DNA from: Lingula anatina
Taxonomy: Eukaryota; Animalia; Brachiopoda
DNA length: 64,000 nt
Direction of reading: 5' to 3'
NCBI GenBank assembly: GCA_051362555.1
Contig: CM120644.1
Location: 2,612,954-2,676,953 of the forward strand
The notes beneath the pieces are model-generated. The model saw only the letters and a program-made list of their open reading frames with translations, did not search any database and was not told the origin of the DNA. The position numbers and the translations under genes are program-made. Positions 1 to 12,404 of this stretch are shown in pieces. How positions within the stretch are numbered: position 1 is the stretch's first letter; each line of letters opens with the position of its first letter.

Positions 1-519
1 GTGATAAATTTTGTCTCTGTTGCTCATCGGGCTTAAGGGGGGAGGGTGGTCATCCTTTTTTCTCAAACCGGATATAGAAGTGTAAATTGACGAGAAAGTT
101 TGTAAGTTGCCATCCAATTGGACACTCGCTAAAAAAGGAACCAATCAGAGCCATGAAAACATCCGTGCGATATTATCACAGACCCATGCAAAACATTTTC
201 CAGTGGAAAAAATATTCATTACTGCTGAGGGAACTGGTAAACAACTTATGGATAATATTTCATATAATTTCAAATCTATTTTATCCTAAGAAATTACTAG
301 TTCTTTACATGCTGTATTCTGACATATTTTGCCCGAAAATAGAATCACGCCGGAAAATGCTGTTGGGCTTGCAATACAATATTTGTTTTAGCTTGCACTA
401 ATAGCTAATTCTTTAGAACTTTGGCGGGTTTTTAGAGAAAGTGAGTATCTCATTTAAGTAAGTGTCGCTTTATAAAAGCAGAAATTGAAGCTAATAGAAG
501 TATTAAGATACATGGGCCT

Positions 520-790
520 AGAAAATAGCCCCTAAAACGCCTTATAATTTCTCTTTCGTGTGGAAGGGTCGTGTACCAGTTTCGTTACGGGATTTCGAAA
601 AGACCGCCGGTCCTCCCCTAAAACCGCCTTTGCGGTAGAATGCATAATTATAATTGCCAAGTGACCCGCAGTATGCTTGACTGATCCACAATTTGACCTT
701 GTGTCAAGCTAAAAGAGTACGATTTCCAGTGGTAATTAGAGAATTGGTTAAGTGTATACAAATTCAGATTGCTTTAATTGTTGCACGCTT
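520..790 (+). promoter_or_regulatory. Probable PGAP3 promoter / non-coding first exon region
   Basis: Locally CpG-rich patch upstream of a CpG-poor stretch. The first coding exon starts behind a splice acceptor (TTTTCTTCAG, 1983), which requires an upstream UTR exon. The exact donor was not identified. Confidence 0.35.
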
Positions 791-1996
791 TCACGTAAAA
801 GCTACACATCTATCATGTATTGCTCTATTCCCCCATTAAGCATTATTCCAACTAAGTTAACATATATAGTTACTGTGCGAAGGACAACAGCATTGCAATA
901 TTGAGCCTTGCATAACGTTTTGGGTGAAGTTGTTGCTGTTATAATATACAGCAAAGGCTTGAGGTTTACTGATAGAAAAGGTCTGGGGGGTAAAGTAAAC
1001 ACTGTGTTTGTCAGGTGTGTTTGCACTTAAGTCCAGGGCTAATTTTACTGTTTCCTGTTGGACTTGGCCCCCTTTTGCTGGAATGAGTTGATTGCTTAAT
1101 CTGCATTTCAAATTAGAGTTGCAGATAGAGAATTCCACAGACATTAAATTTTAAACTAAAATGGGTTACATGTGAAAACAACTGCTAGCTGTTGTAAGTC
1201 AAAGAGGGGGTAAAAACTCAAACCTAAAGGTTGTGGCAAGTTGGATCTTTTGTCGGTCAGGAGTGTTTCTTGTCTTCACACATCTTAAGCTATATAGTGG
1301 ACAATCGCTATGGACTTGGAAATTGTTTGTTCACTATATATTGTGTAAATATGTTGGGTGAAAAGGGATGGGCATTGCATAAGGGATTACTGGGGCATAT
1401 AAGCTCTTGTAGTTTACTGGTTTGTTCACTTTAGCAACGGAGGGGCGAGGTGCCAACATCGGCAAGAATGGGTTGAGCTTCATACTTGGCTTTTGCCATA
1501 TGGGGTGATTAACCCCGCAGTGTTAACAGAGTCCAGGAGTTTTAATGTTCAGATGACTTGGCTTGTGATACTGGGGAGGTTTTACGCTAGTCTTGGAAGG
1601 TGTAGAGGAACGGGTAAGTTGGGCAGAGTTGAGTAGTCGTGGTTGAAATGAGAACCTCTTCAATCTAGCCGCAAAGTAACAGGTTGGCTGCATTGCTAGA
1701 AGGAAATTTGTATTGGGTAAAAGGAGATAAGTTAATCAGTTGGGTCAAGTAGCATGGCCATTTCTTTGATAAAAATGCATGGTATATTTTTTTAAATATG
1801 TAATTTAAATATTTGAATGTATTTATTTAATTTTTTCCATGCTACTACATATAAGTATATTTATACTCTAAATGGGAGAGAACTACCAAGAATGTTGCTG
1901 TTTTTTTTTTTTATTTATTTATTTTTAATATACTGTATTCATTTCATGGCATTGATGATTGATTTCATTTTCTTTTTCTTCAGATATAGATGTGTC

Positions 1997-4900
1997 ATGC
2001 TTCTCATCCATCCAGCAGGATGTATATCAGCAGTAATCTTAATCATTCTCAGCATCATACAGCTGACCTTCGGCTCCCTCGGTGATGGCACTCGAGTCTT
2101 CCAGAAGTGTTTACAAAACTGTTATCTGGCCTCGTGTCGCGTGTCGGATGCAGCATGGGCAGAGCAGTTACCGTGGTACATGAGGCTGCTGAACTGGACG
2201 TGCCCAGACGAGTGCAGCTACTTTTGCATGTGGAGAGCAGTAGAGGCCTTTCAGAAAGATGGCTCCCCTGTGCCACAGTTTTATGGCAAGGTAAGTTTGT
2301 GGAACTGTTTGTGCTTGTGTGTGGGAACTTGTTTGAGACAAGTTTGACAATTCAGATTTAGATGTCTGTTGCTAAATTGTAATTTTTTTTATGTTGATCC
2401 AATTCATTGCAAGGTAGTGCCTTTTTTTTTTTTTTTTTTTTTTTTTTGCTTGATAAGGTGAATTTTGTATAGATCCTGATTAATTGTTTATTTAAACAAT
2501 GTCACTATTCTTTCTACCAAGATTATTGCATTTTGTGTTTAAGCATGTGCGTAATAAAATGCATGTAAGCAGCCCTGTTTCTCTTTGTTTTCCAGTGGCC
2601 TTTTATCCGGTTGTTTGGGCTGCAGGAGCCAGCATCTGTGATATTCTCCATACTGAATGCTCTGGCTCACCTGAACTTGTTCAAGTTTAGAAGAGAAGTG
2701 TCGTCCGCCTCCCCCATGTTTTATGCATGGCATCTGTATGCATTGGTAAGCAGCAAGGCTGTCATTTAAATGCTATATATAAAAATTATTAAAAGAAAGA
2801 TTAGATAAGATTATGATATGATAACAGTGTTGATTGCTGCTAAGGGAAATGGATACTGATTTTTGAAAATTAATTCAGTTTATTTTTGGATTAAGCAAAA
2901 AACAACCCCCTTTGTACATTTGCTAGTGTACTGAAGTTTCAGATGTAACTGAAAAGAAGAAATCCAGTTCTGTTAATTTTCTTTTTGTAGTGTGATTAAG
3001 ACCTTTGTGGAAAAAAGTAAGATGTACCCATTTAAAGATTTTCATAGATTATTATTTTTATTATTATCAGGTGTCAGTTTGGACCTGGTTATGTTCAGCC
3101 ATGTTTCATGCCAGGGATTGGCCCATTACAGAGGTATTGATATTTATATGTAACTCTATACTAGTAATGGGGGCCTGTCACTTGATATCTCTGGCCCCAT
3201 TCAGAATGGATGAGTACTTACTGATCCGCCAACTAAATATGGCTGACCATAGTTCAAAAGCGATGCAGCTGATTCCTGAAGGTCTCCCCAACTCCACAGG
3301 CACCTTTAAACGGATTAAATCTCTACTCTGTGGTTTAATTACTAGGCGCCTGTGGAGTTGGGGTGACCATCAGGAATCAGTGGCATCCCTTTTGAACTAT
3401 GGTCAGCCATATTTAGTTGGTGGATCGGTAAGTACTTGGATCATCCACTCTGAATGGGGCCTATATACTTGGTGTCACAGGGGCTAATTCCAAAGAGGAC
3501 TGCTTAGAAAGATTTGTAATCTTTTTGCATAATATCTCAACAGGGGATTGGGGAATTAAAGAGTTTGTGAGCATGTTCAAATTGGCTATGCGTCTAGTGT
3601 ATATGATGGTTGTGACATTATCTGTACATATCTAGTGGAAAATCAATCAGTGACCCTGGTAGAGGGGATGGAGTGGATTATGTAATCTTTTTAATGCTTG
3701 TTGGACAAAGGGTTGGCCCAGATAAAAGCTTTGGGTTTGCAGAGCATGATTGGAGTCTTTGAAAATACACAGGCACACACAGGAAGGATTATTATGATAA
3801 GACTGTTATTTGTTTAAGTAATAAATAAAGCTCTACCCAAGAGGCAGATGTACACAATAGCATGCAGAACAAGAGGGTAGCAGAACATTATGTGATGTAC
3901 ATACATATACAAAGGGAAATTGTACATGTTTCCACTCAAACCCCTTAAGTTTGAATTAAAAGTGCTGAAGTCATTGCCACTGATATCAGCCCCCACGGTG
4001 TGTTTGACCGTGTTCTTCCTGACCTTGACCTTTGGATCATTTGTAATAAATATTTTGCAAGGAAGGTTTAAATTCTCCTTAGCAGAAGTAGAATATCTTT
4101 GATAAACAGAATTTCTTGACTAAATAAATTATTTTTGCCATAGAGACTTAGTGATTAGAGTAAAACAAGGCATATATATATATATATAATCACAATATTC
4201 TTATCATAGGAATTTTACAATGTAAGCAAATGTTAAGGCAGGACAGTGACTTTAACCTTTGGTTTATTCCAGAAACTAGACTATTTTAGTGCTGCTTTAC
4301 TGGTGCTGACACAATTTTATTTACTTCTTCTCAGGTAAGTAGATTGGATTCTGCTCTGAAATTTTAACTTGCTGGTGGTGGTGGGGGGGGGGGGGGGTGG
4401 GTGTCTTTTTGACTCAGAGTTACAGTTAATTAATCATTTGGCAAATGGGTTCAATGATAATGTTGGCCGGGTGATAAATTTTGTCATGTTAGCCTGACGT
4501 CAACAATATGGCAGCTTAAAGGTTCTTTATAAATGTATATCTGTCATTAAAGATGTTGTTGTGTATATAAATAATAAAGAAATAACAACTACCTGGAATA
4601 AAATGGAAAAGAAAAAAGTGTCTCTCTACAGAAAGATAAAAGACAACGAAATTTTAGATAAAATGATAAACGTGTTAGATACTTGCAATAAAATAAAGGC
4701 AAATCAGACAGAAATTGATCTCTTTGGTCTATTTTCAGGGTTATTGGTACCGAAAAGAAGTTAAAGGTTATAGTCACAGCCCTGCCTTTACTTCTCTTCT
4801 ATACATATCATGTCCATTACCTGACATACAGACGCTTTGACTATGGCTACAACATGAAGGTTAATATTACCATAGGTGAGTTTTTGCTGTGCTGGAAAAT

Positions 4901-5890
4901 TAATTATCTAGGGTTTAAGTAAGTGAAATATTTTGCCTGAAAGTTAAGGCCAGCTTTTGGTCACAGATTCTTGGGTGAAGAGTTGTTTAGATACAATAAT
5001 AATACTAACAACAATAGTGATGATGATAATGGATGTTTATTCAACCATTCTGTATCATATATTATTTAAAATATGTAAAACTTAAGTCATTTTACCATTT
5101 TAGATAAAAGAAAGAAATGAAATAAAAATTGTTACAAAAAACTAATTAAAATTCTTGGATAATCTAAAGAAGTGACACTTAGATAAGAGCTTTTATAAAT
5201 TTCTCTAAACTTTTTAAGTCTCATCTTTTGAAGTGTTTTTTTCATCCTCTTTTCAGTTGCAGCCAATGCTATAGGTTGGGTCCTTTGGTGTATTTCCCAT
5301 AGAAAACAGCAGCCATATGTTTGGAAGTGTCTCGTACCTGTGGTCACGACGGGGGTGCTGGCGGCCCTGGAGTTGGGAGATTTTCCTCCAATATGGTGGA
5401 CCTTTGATGCCCATTCCCTCTGGCATGCTGGGACGCCTCCCCTTATTGTGCTGTTTTATAGGTATGTTATTACATTACACGTACCTGATATGTTACATTG
5501 GCAGATATTGCAGAAAGAGCACATTAAATGGCTGTAGATGTTTTGACCAGACAGATTCAGAGTCAGAGTTCTTTACTGTCTAACTGTAAAGGCAACTGAT
5601 AGTAGTCTATGACTGGGTTCCCACAGATTTAGATTGATTCATCTGGATAGACCTTACTTCCTGGGGGTTCACATTATATAGTATGATTTTCATTTGGAAA
5701 ATTGTAGCTATAATAAAAGCACATAGTTGGGTATTATATTATACCCCCTACTTACTACTGTAACATTCATTATGATCTTTCATGTAGGTTTGCAATAGAC
5801 GACTGCAAGTATTTGGAGGGACAGAAGCAGAGAGAAGCAGCAGTGGATGCAAAGAAAGAAACACCTCTAACAGAAAAGAAAGAGCAGTAA
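1997..5890 (+). CDS. PGAP3: Post-GPI attachment to proteins factor 3 (Per1-like GPI remodelling protein), 7 coding exons, 337 aa
   Basis: Exons 1997-2290, 2596-2745, 3071-3133, 4273-4334, 4739-4875, 5257-5461 and 5788-5890 all have GT-AG boundaries with matching phases (1014 nt in total). The protein has a signal peptide, the Cys-rich SLGD..FQKC..WTCPDECSYFCM, then QFYGKWPF.R.FGLQEPAS, FHARD..TEKLDY, FDYGYNM and LELGDFPP..FDAHSLWH, all typical of Per1/PGAP3. It ends in KKEQ (KKxx ER-retrieval motif). Confidence 0.95.
3193..3461. mobile_element. Foldback MITE in a PGAP3 intron
   Basis: ~110-bp inverted arms GGCCCCATTCAGAATGGATG... / ...CATCCACTCTGAATGGGGCC around a short spacer. The flanking trinucleotides TCT/TAT form an imperfect TSD. 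Confidence 0.75.
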
Positions 5891-6679
5891 AAGTCCTGTT
5901 GGGTGGAGCCTATAGTGCTGCAACAGTAAGATGTGAAAAATACCATTTCAGCAACGACCCACAGCTGAGTGATGCTTAGAGATAAGTAGGACTGTGAAAC
6001 ACATGCCAATACTATGAGAGATGAGGTAGCACTAGCATTTTTTTTCAACTAGCCAAATTGCTTTTTTCATCACTTGTTTCTTCATGTAGTTTAAATTTCA
6101 GTACAACAGGTTATATCAACCCTGCTTTGTGAAGCCAGTTTAAGTCAGTTTTAGCATTTGGCAATTTTGTTGAGTGTTAGTGGTACCCTACGAGAGGGTT
6201 CAAGAGCAATAATACTAATAGAGGTTGTCACTGACATGGTACATTTAATTCATTTTTATTAACTGAAGCCATTATCGCTGTGATAACCATGCATTAAGAA
6301 CAAGATTTATCCCTGGCAAAGCTGTGTATTTATGTCTTATGGTGCGTGCTAAGTTATGTCAAATAGAATGTGAGATGTTATGTCATTGTATTGCAGTGAC
6401 GTGATGTCTCTCACACACCAGGCATGATAAATATTTAGAGTCACAGTGCAGAGACGTGAGGATTAAAAGGGCACATGTGCACAAACTGTGATAAAACCAT
6501 CGCCACAATCAAAAAATTATAGGTCAAACTGTTTTATAGCAACAGAGCTTAGGCAGAGAAACAACAATGTCTTATATGAAAGTGCAAATTTCTTTAATGA
6601 TGCAGTTAAGGAGTGAATTTCAATTTACACGACATAAACAATAGCACCTAGAAATCAAAACAACTCAATGTAAATTTCT

Positions 6680-9600
6680 TTAAAATCCAAAAGGTAGTGT
6701 TGTAACACCGCCCAGTTGAATTTGTCTCTTAGTGTATTGAAATCTATAAGTCTTTTTTTATGTACAGACACAGATGTGTCTGTACATATTGCCATCACCT
6801 GCGTCTGTCGTCGCCGATGCCGATGGCGATGGCGATGCCGATGCCGATGCCGATGCCGATGCCGTGCACTTTCCTTGTAAACACGATAAGTGGAGGGCAG
6901 TTTTACTTTTTGGCTTTATATTTACAGAGCTGGTGAATATTCATAAAACGCAGGTCAAGTTCGAAAATCAGCATGATCAGGCCATTATTGTAGAAGTTAT
7001 GCTGTTTTTTCACTTTTCAGCATATTTTTCACATTTCCTCAGATTCAATTCTTAGGCATGTTAACAGTCTCATTATTAAACTAATAAGATATGTTAAAGT
7101 TTTTGTTTGACATTTCCTGCATCTTTACAACATTGTTAGTTGATTTTGTAAAAATGATGGTAAACTTGTTATCGTGTATTGTGTAATAAAGTTTCAAAAA
7201 TGGAAATAAACTCATATCATTGCAGTTTGTCAGATTCAATCATTCACTATGTTCAGAATCTCAGAATGGAAGAAATTGGACATTTAACACTGCTTTATTG
7301 ATATTTTTCCCATCTCATCAATTTTCTTAGTTGATCATATAAAAATGGCAGTAAACTGTTAATTTTGTTTTATGTTAAAAATTGTTAAAAATGAAAAAAA
7401 AAAACATTTCAGAACAGTGCTGTCTTGTTTACATTTTGGCATTTTCAAGTTGTGACTTTGAAGTTCCATGGGCCTGAAGACCTTTGCTAGTCACATTTTC
7501 TGAATATCCATGATACTAATATTTTATTATTAAAAATTGATGGTCATTATGCTGTTAAACATTATGTAATATTGCATCAAAATTTGAAAAAAACCTATTT
7601 TGGGCACTGTTCCCATGATGACCATTTAAGAAAAACCATGTCACTTACTGTTCTCAAACAGTACAGGAAATATATATATATAGATGTGTCTGTACATATT
7701 GCCATCACCTGCGTCTGTTGTCGCCGTCATCGCCGGCGCCGGCGCCGTGCACTTTCATTGTAAACACGATAAGTGGAAGGCAGTTTTACTTTTTGGCTTC
7801 ATATTTACAGAGCTGATGAATATTCATAAAACGCAGGTCAAGTTCGAAAATCAGCATGATCGGGCCATTATTGTAGAAGTTATGCTTTTTTCACTTTTCA
7901 GCATATTTCACATATTGGCATTTTCAAGGTGTGACTTTGAAGTTCTACATGCTTGAAGACCCATGCTAGTCACATTTTCTGAAAATCCATGATACGTTTA
8001 TTTTATTATTAAAAATTGACGGTCATTATGCTGTTAAACATTATGTAATATTGCATCAGAATAGAAGAAAACAATTATGGGTGCTGCTGCCATGATGACC
8101 ATTATGGGAAAACCATGTTACTTATGATTGCCAAATGTTCAAAAAAGAAATGCAGGACTAAAATGCAGCCTGGGTTGGAAAAGTAGTCTAATTGGCTTCT
8201 TTTTCTGGAAGTTATACATTTTCAAAGTGTGAACTTTAACTCCCATGGGCCTGAAGCCTTATGCTTGTTACATGTTTTACTTACATTGGTATTACCTGTT
8301 GAGCATAATTAAAATTTGATGTTGAATTTGCAGTTTAACATAATGTACTTTTGCATCAGAATTGACAGTAGCCTATTTTGTGCATAGTTATTTCCTGCTT
8401 TTTGTCTGTACATTTGACAGCTTTGCTGCCTTGTTCTTTTGTGGAATGGAGAGTTTTTGTTTGAGGATTTCTCTTGATTGTAATAGAAGTTACAACAACG
8501 TTTCTCGTCCCTTTGCTGTGCACCATGTTCAACATGGTTTCATAGTTGACAGTTTGAGCTGATGTATAGTTCAAACTGATGTCTTTTACCTCACAAACAT
8601 TCTTTCCATTTTTAGTAATGTAAGCATGATTTTTTTGCTTCAACACAAGAACGGGGTTATGTAATCATTCTGGTTTAGTTCATCGGTAAAGTCGCTCAAA
8701 TACGACCCTCTTATGGAGTATAAATACCTTTCAGTTTCGGGTTTTCCATCAACGAGAAAAGTGATGGAATCTGTATCAAAGTACAGCACTTTTTTGTTTA
8801 CAAATTCCAACGCCTTATACAAGACCAGACGTGCATGGGCAGTTGAGTGTGCTGCCATGATTAGTATTGCAGGTTCTAATGTATCCCTTCTTTTTGAGCA
8901 TATTGGTGGAAGTAACTTTGTTTTTTTATTTTTTTATTTTATTATTTTTTTCCTCAGGTGTCTCACAACCTGCAGGGTATATGCTGGCCCCTTGTTTTAG
9001 TTTGAGAAAAGTGTCCATGTACTCAGCAAAAAGAGCACCCTCTTGGCTTTTGGGATTGCCATACTTCGTGGAAACAAACTATGGTGTGCCCTATTGAGAC
9101 CACCTTCATTTTTAATTTAACAGAAACCCCTGTGCTTGTTAAGCTACATTCTGTACTAGTATGGCAACCTGTTCTTTGTTTACAGTTAGTAGCACACGCT
9201 CTACACAGAGTGAACACGCCATAATAAGCTTCTTGGGGTCAATTCTGTCTTGCACCTCTTAATATTTTCTTGCTTTTCTGAGGTTTTGTGCTTCTTTACA
9301 TACCCACCTTGTGGAATTATAACGGTTGTAGCCGACTTTAGAAAAAGGACTCAATATACCACATCACAGGCACTTACTATTGTGATAGCTGAATGAAAAT
9401 TCTCAATTTTTTGTCCTTTTTGTCCCGTAATATCTACAAAATTGTCTAAATTTTTGTTCTTGATCTCCATATCTTTCACAGATGCTTTCGGAGGTTACCT
9501 CGTAATCTAAACAGTAAAGACATACCCTTTGTGCCACAACTAAATTAGCTTCATGCAAACTATTGTTAATCTGCATAGCTTCAAAGTCAAAGAAAATATG

Positions 9601-10330
9601 TGGCCGTCTTGTACTGTAATTAAGATTTTTCTTTTTTCTTCTTTATGTGTAGAGGTTGATGGTTGTTGATGGTTCTTCTTCAGATATAGAAGACGTGTGC
9701 TCGGACTTGTCATTTTCACAAATGTTTTGGAAAATTTTCTGTTTCTTTAAGGGTTGCATGTAGCACAGATAACCTTTTTGCACCTGTGTTTTGCAAATCT
9801 GACATTTGTATGAAAAACAAATGTGCATCTTTTTGTTTTGTCTGTTGACAAATTTGTGGCATGCTTCACAAGTAAATAATAACTTTTTTTCTTGAGATGC
9901 CCTTTTGCCTTTGTTGCGAGGTGATTGTGATAACACGAAGCAGAGACAAAAAATCTGTTGCACAATCTGCATAGTGTCCAATTTTTGAATTCAACATATT
10001 TCCTGCTGAGTTTGTTGAATGCATCGTCATAAAAAAAGCATTACTGGCAGATGTATAGGTCAACACCATTCGAAAATTGTGGAACCCATCAGTGTTCCCA
10101 TTTACCGCATATCTATCATCGAAGTTCACATCTTGTCGCCTACTCCCAGTAATTACCTCTTCAATTCAGGGAATCTCTTTTGAACTTTTCCCATTCATCC
10201 ACTGACATGGGTATCTTGCTTTTAGAAGTGGAATCACTAAAGACCACCAAATTGCTGCATTGTAGGTTTTTTGCAAATGGTTATAAGTTTGCCTCCTTGT
10301 AACTTTATAGAGTTGCTATTTTTTTAGATT
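6680..10330 (-). pseudogene. Maverick/Polinton protein-primed DNA polymerase B remnant, lineage 1, copy A (split by the HINE)
   Basis: Minus-strand pieces occur in the expected order: Zn-finger HICFSYKCQICK..LCYMQP, ExoI HIFFDFEAMQ..HEANLVVAQ (~9530-9600), FTLCRACA..HEVW, LFAEYMDTFLKLKQ, AHARLVLY..VLYFDTDS, YLSDFTDEL, AY.TKNGK.VCEVK.ISLNY. Beyond the HINE comes the C-terminus KTYRFQYTKR..TTLPFGF* (stop at 6680). Many frameshifts and internal deletions. Confidence 0.85.
6753..8435 (+). mobile_element. Non-autonomous Helentron-type element (HINE/DINE-1-like)
   Basis: Starts in a T run with the hairpin TATGTACAGACACA-GA-TGTGTCTGTACATA, followed by a GCCGAT microsatellite and internal repeated blocks (7440, 7920, 8220). 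Ends with subTIR TGTCTGTACAT, stem-loop GACAGC-TTT-GCTGCC and TTGTT. No TSD. The PolB reading frame continues on both sides. The 5' part is duplicated at 7682-7900. Confidence 0.8.
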
Positions 10331-10558
10331 TCACAGTATTCAGCAGTGAGTGAAGCTCTTTCAAGTAACACGACCTTAAATTCTCTCCTCTTAGTGCACC
10401 AAACATCAATCACTACCCTAAGACTGTATGCTAAGACAATGGGATCAACCAATTGATCTGTAGCATAATGCATGACCATGCAAAAAAACGCACTGAATCA
10501 AAAGATTTACAATGAAAAACAGACTGATAAGTATCTTTTCTACATGTGACATTACAAT

Positions 10559-10890
10559 TCAGTCACCGTAAACTGCATTGTATGTTGATTGGAGTTTCGA
10601 TTCTACAGCTTGAGGGGTCGATGCCTCCTCTTCCGTGATCTCTCCGAAAAACCTCTCTTTACATTTTCCAACACGTAAGATGACGGCCATGACGTACAGG
10701 TCGTATTCCTCTTTCATTTGGGCCTGGTAGTGGTCGTAAGCTTTTAGGATGTTGCCTGCTGTGACGAGTTCCAACGCTTGGTCGAACAAGCTAAGGGCAG
10801 ACACTGCAAAGACAGGCTCCATGCAAGCATGTTGCTTTTGGCTGCCATGACCTATGGCGCTGCCCTCGCACTGCTCAACGGTCAGCTCTC
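10559..10890 (-). pseudogene. Maverick accessory ORF with CxGCxxxHGSQxxHxC motif, copy A
   Basis: QCEGSAIGHGSQKQHACMEPVFAV.... It is the paralog of 27866-28195. The motif is recalled from invertebrate Maverick ORFs and was not verified by search. Confidence 0.55.
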
Positions 10891-12404
10891 GAATTTAGGA
10901 TTATAGTGCCCTAACACTCTACACAACAGTCCTTGTTTGTTTTCTTTTATCAAAACACACACTCCACCATTCACACATACACTATAACCTTTGCTACTAC
11001 ATCAACAGCACTTTGTCGCATTCCACTCTACAATGGTCATGGGCAATTTATATCCCTCAGGTTTAGTGCAGATCCACCAGGGTCCAGTACCGTGGCTATA
11101 AAACAGTTTGATCTATAATTTTTTAGACATGCTATGGTTTCCTTATAGTTTGCACCAAAGTTTGCACTTAAGTGCCTCTTTACTATTGACATGTATTTTG
11201 TAACACTGAATCATCATTGGATGTAAAATGCTTTGTGTAATAATAAGATATATAATCATGACTTAGCTACCATATATTGCACTTGAATGGTTTTGCAAGT
11301 CAAGTATTATTTGACTATATGAAATATGTCCTTGACTAATCTCGTAAATAATTTAGTTCTGCAGTTTGAACTGTGCCATGACTTTTATGCCATGTAGTGT
11401 CTTCGGCATTGGTAGCAACAGGGTAATTTTAGCCATTCTTTTTGGTCAACAACAGAAAATGCACCTGCTTTAGCAGTGGTAAAAATCGAAGACATATTCC
11501 TTCATGATCTAATGAATCTGTGTAAGTTGCTTTGAAAATTATTTTGTTTGTTTTGTTTGTAGGACTTCTAGTGATTGCTTTTGACCCTGACCTGTATCTT
11601 GGTCTGTATGATATTCTGCATTTACCGTTTCCATTTCAAACATTGAAATAGTATTGCATATGGATGCCCCAATCACTATGACTTTCTCCTCCTCTCCAGA
11701 GTCATTAAGTCTAACCCCCTATTTTTAGTTAATCTCTATGAATGACTCTTCTTTTTCTGAGTCAGTCACTAGACTCGCTATGATTGACCCCTCTTCTGAG
11801 TCAATCACTATGAATGACTTCTTTTCCATTGTTATACAACGAGCAAAACCAAACCTATTCATATGTACCATTGCGGACAGCGTCTTATTGTAAGGAGAGA
11901 TTGTATTATTCTTTTTAAAACAAACGGGTTGGTGCCAAGTCTGTTCAATTTATAGTCTTTTCTTTTAAGGAAATAATTGACCTTTAGGTAAACACAATAT
12001 GGCCTGTGTGTACAAGTGAGACTTCTTCATTCCAAGAAGTTGTGAAATATCTATTATATGTCTCAATAAAACAAGAGTCCATTATGTGACACTGATAAAA
12101 TTAAACAAAATGCTAAAACTTGCCTGCCTATATTGTAAATTTAAAATTCTGCTCTTCCATTGGAAGGTGTGCAATATCTGTACCTGTCAGCTGACCGAGA
12201 GAGGCATCTTTTTTCTTGCCTAGAGCTGCGTAGATTTCTTGGAAGAGCTGTAAGAACGCTAATCAATCAGCATATGTCATCACAATGACCGTGGCAATGG
12301 AGGCGCCCTGTTCATAACTGATCTTTATGGGACATCTTGGACCATCTAACGACAATGTGTAACCATTGCAAAAGGGGACTGCTAAAACTTGCTCCTTCAA
12401 CAAG

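Noticed and set aside
1200-1760. Purine-rich intronic stretch resembling a LINE tail
   Set aside because: Too decayed to show a diagnostic motif, so it is not reported as a feature.
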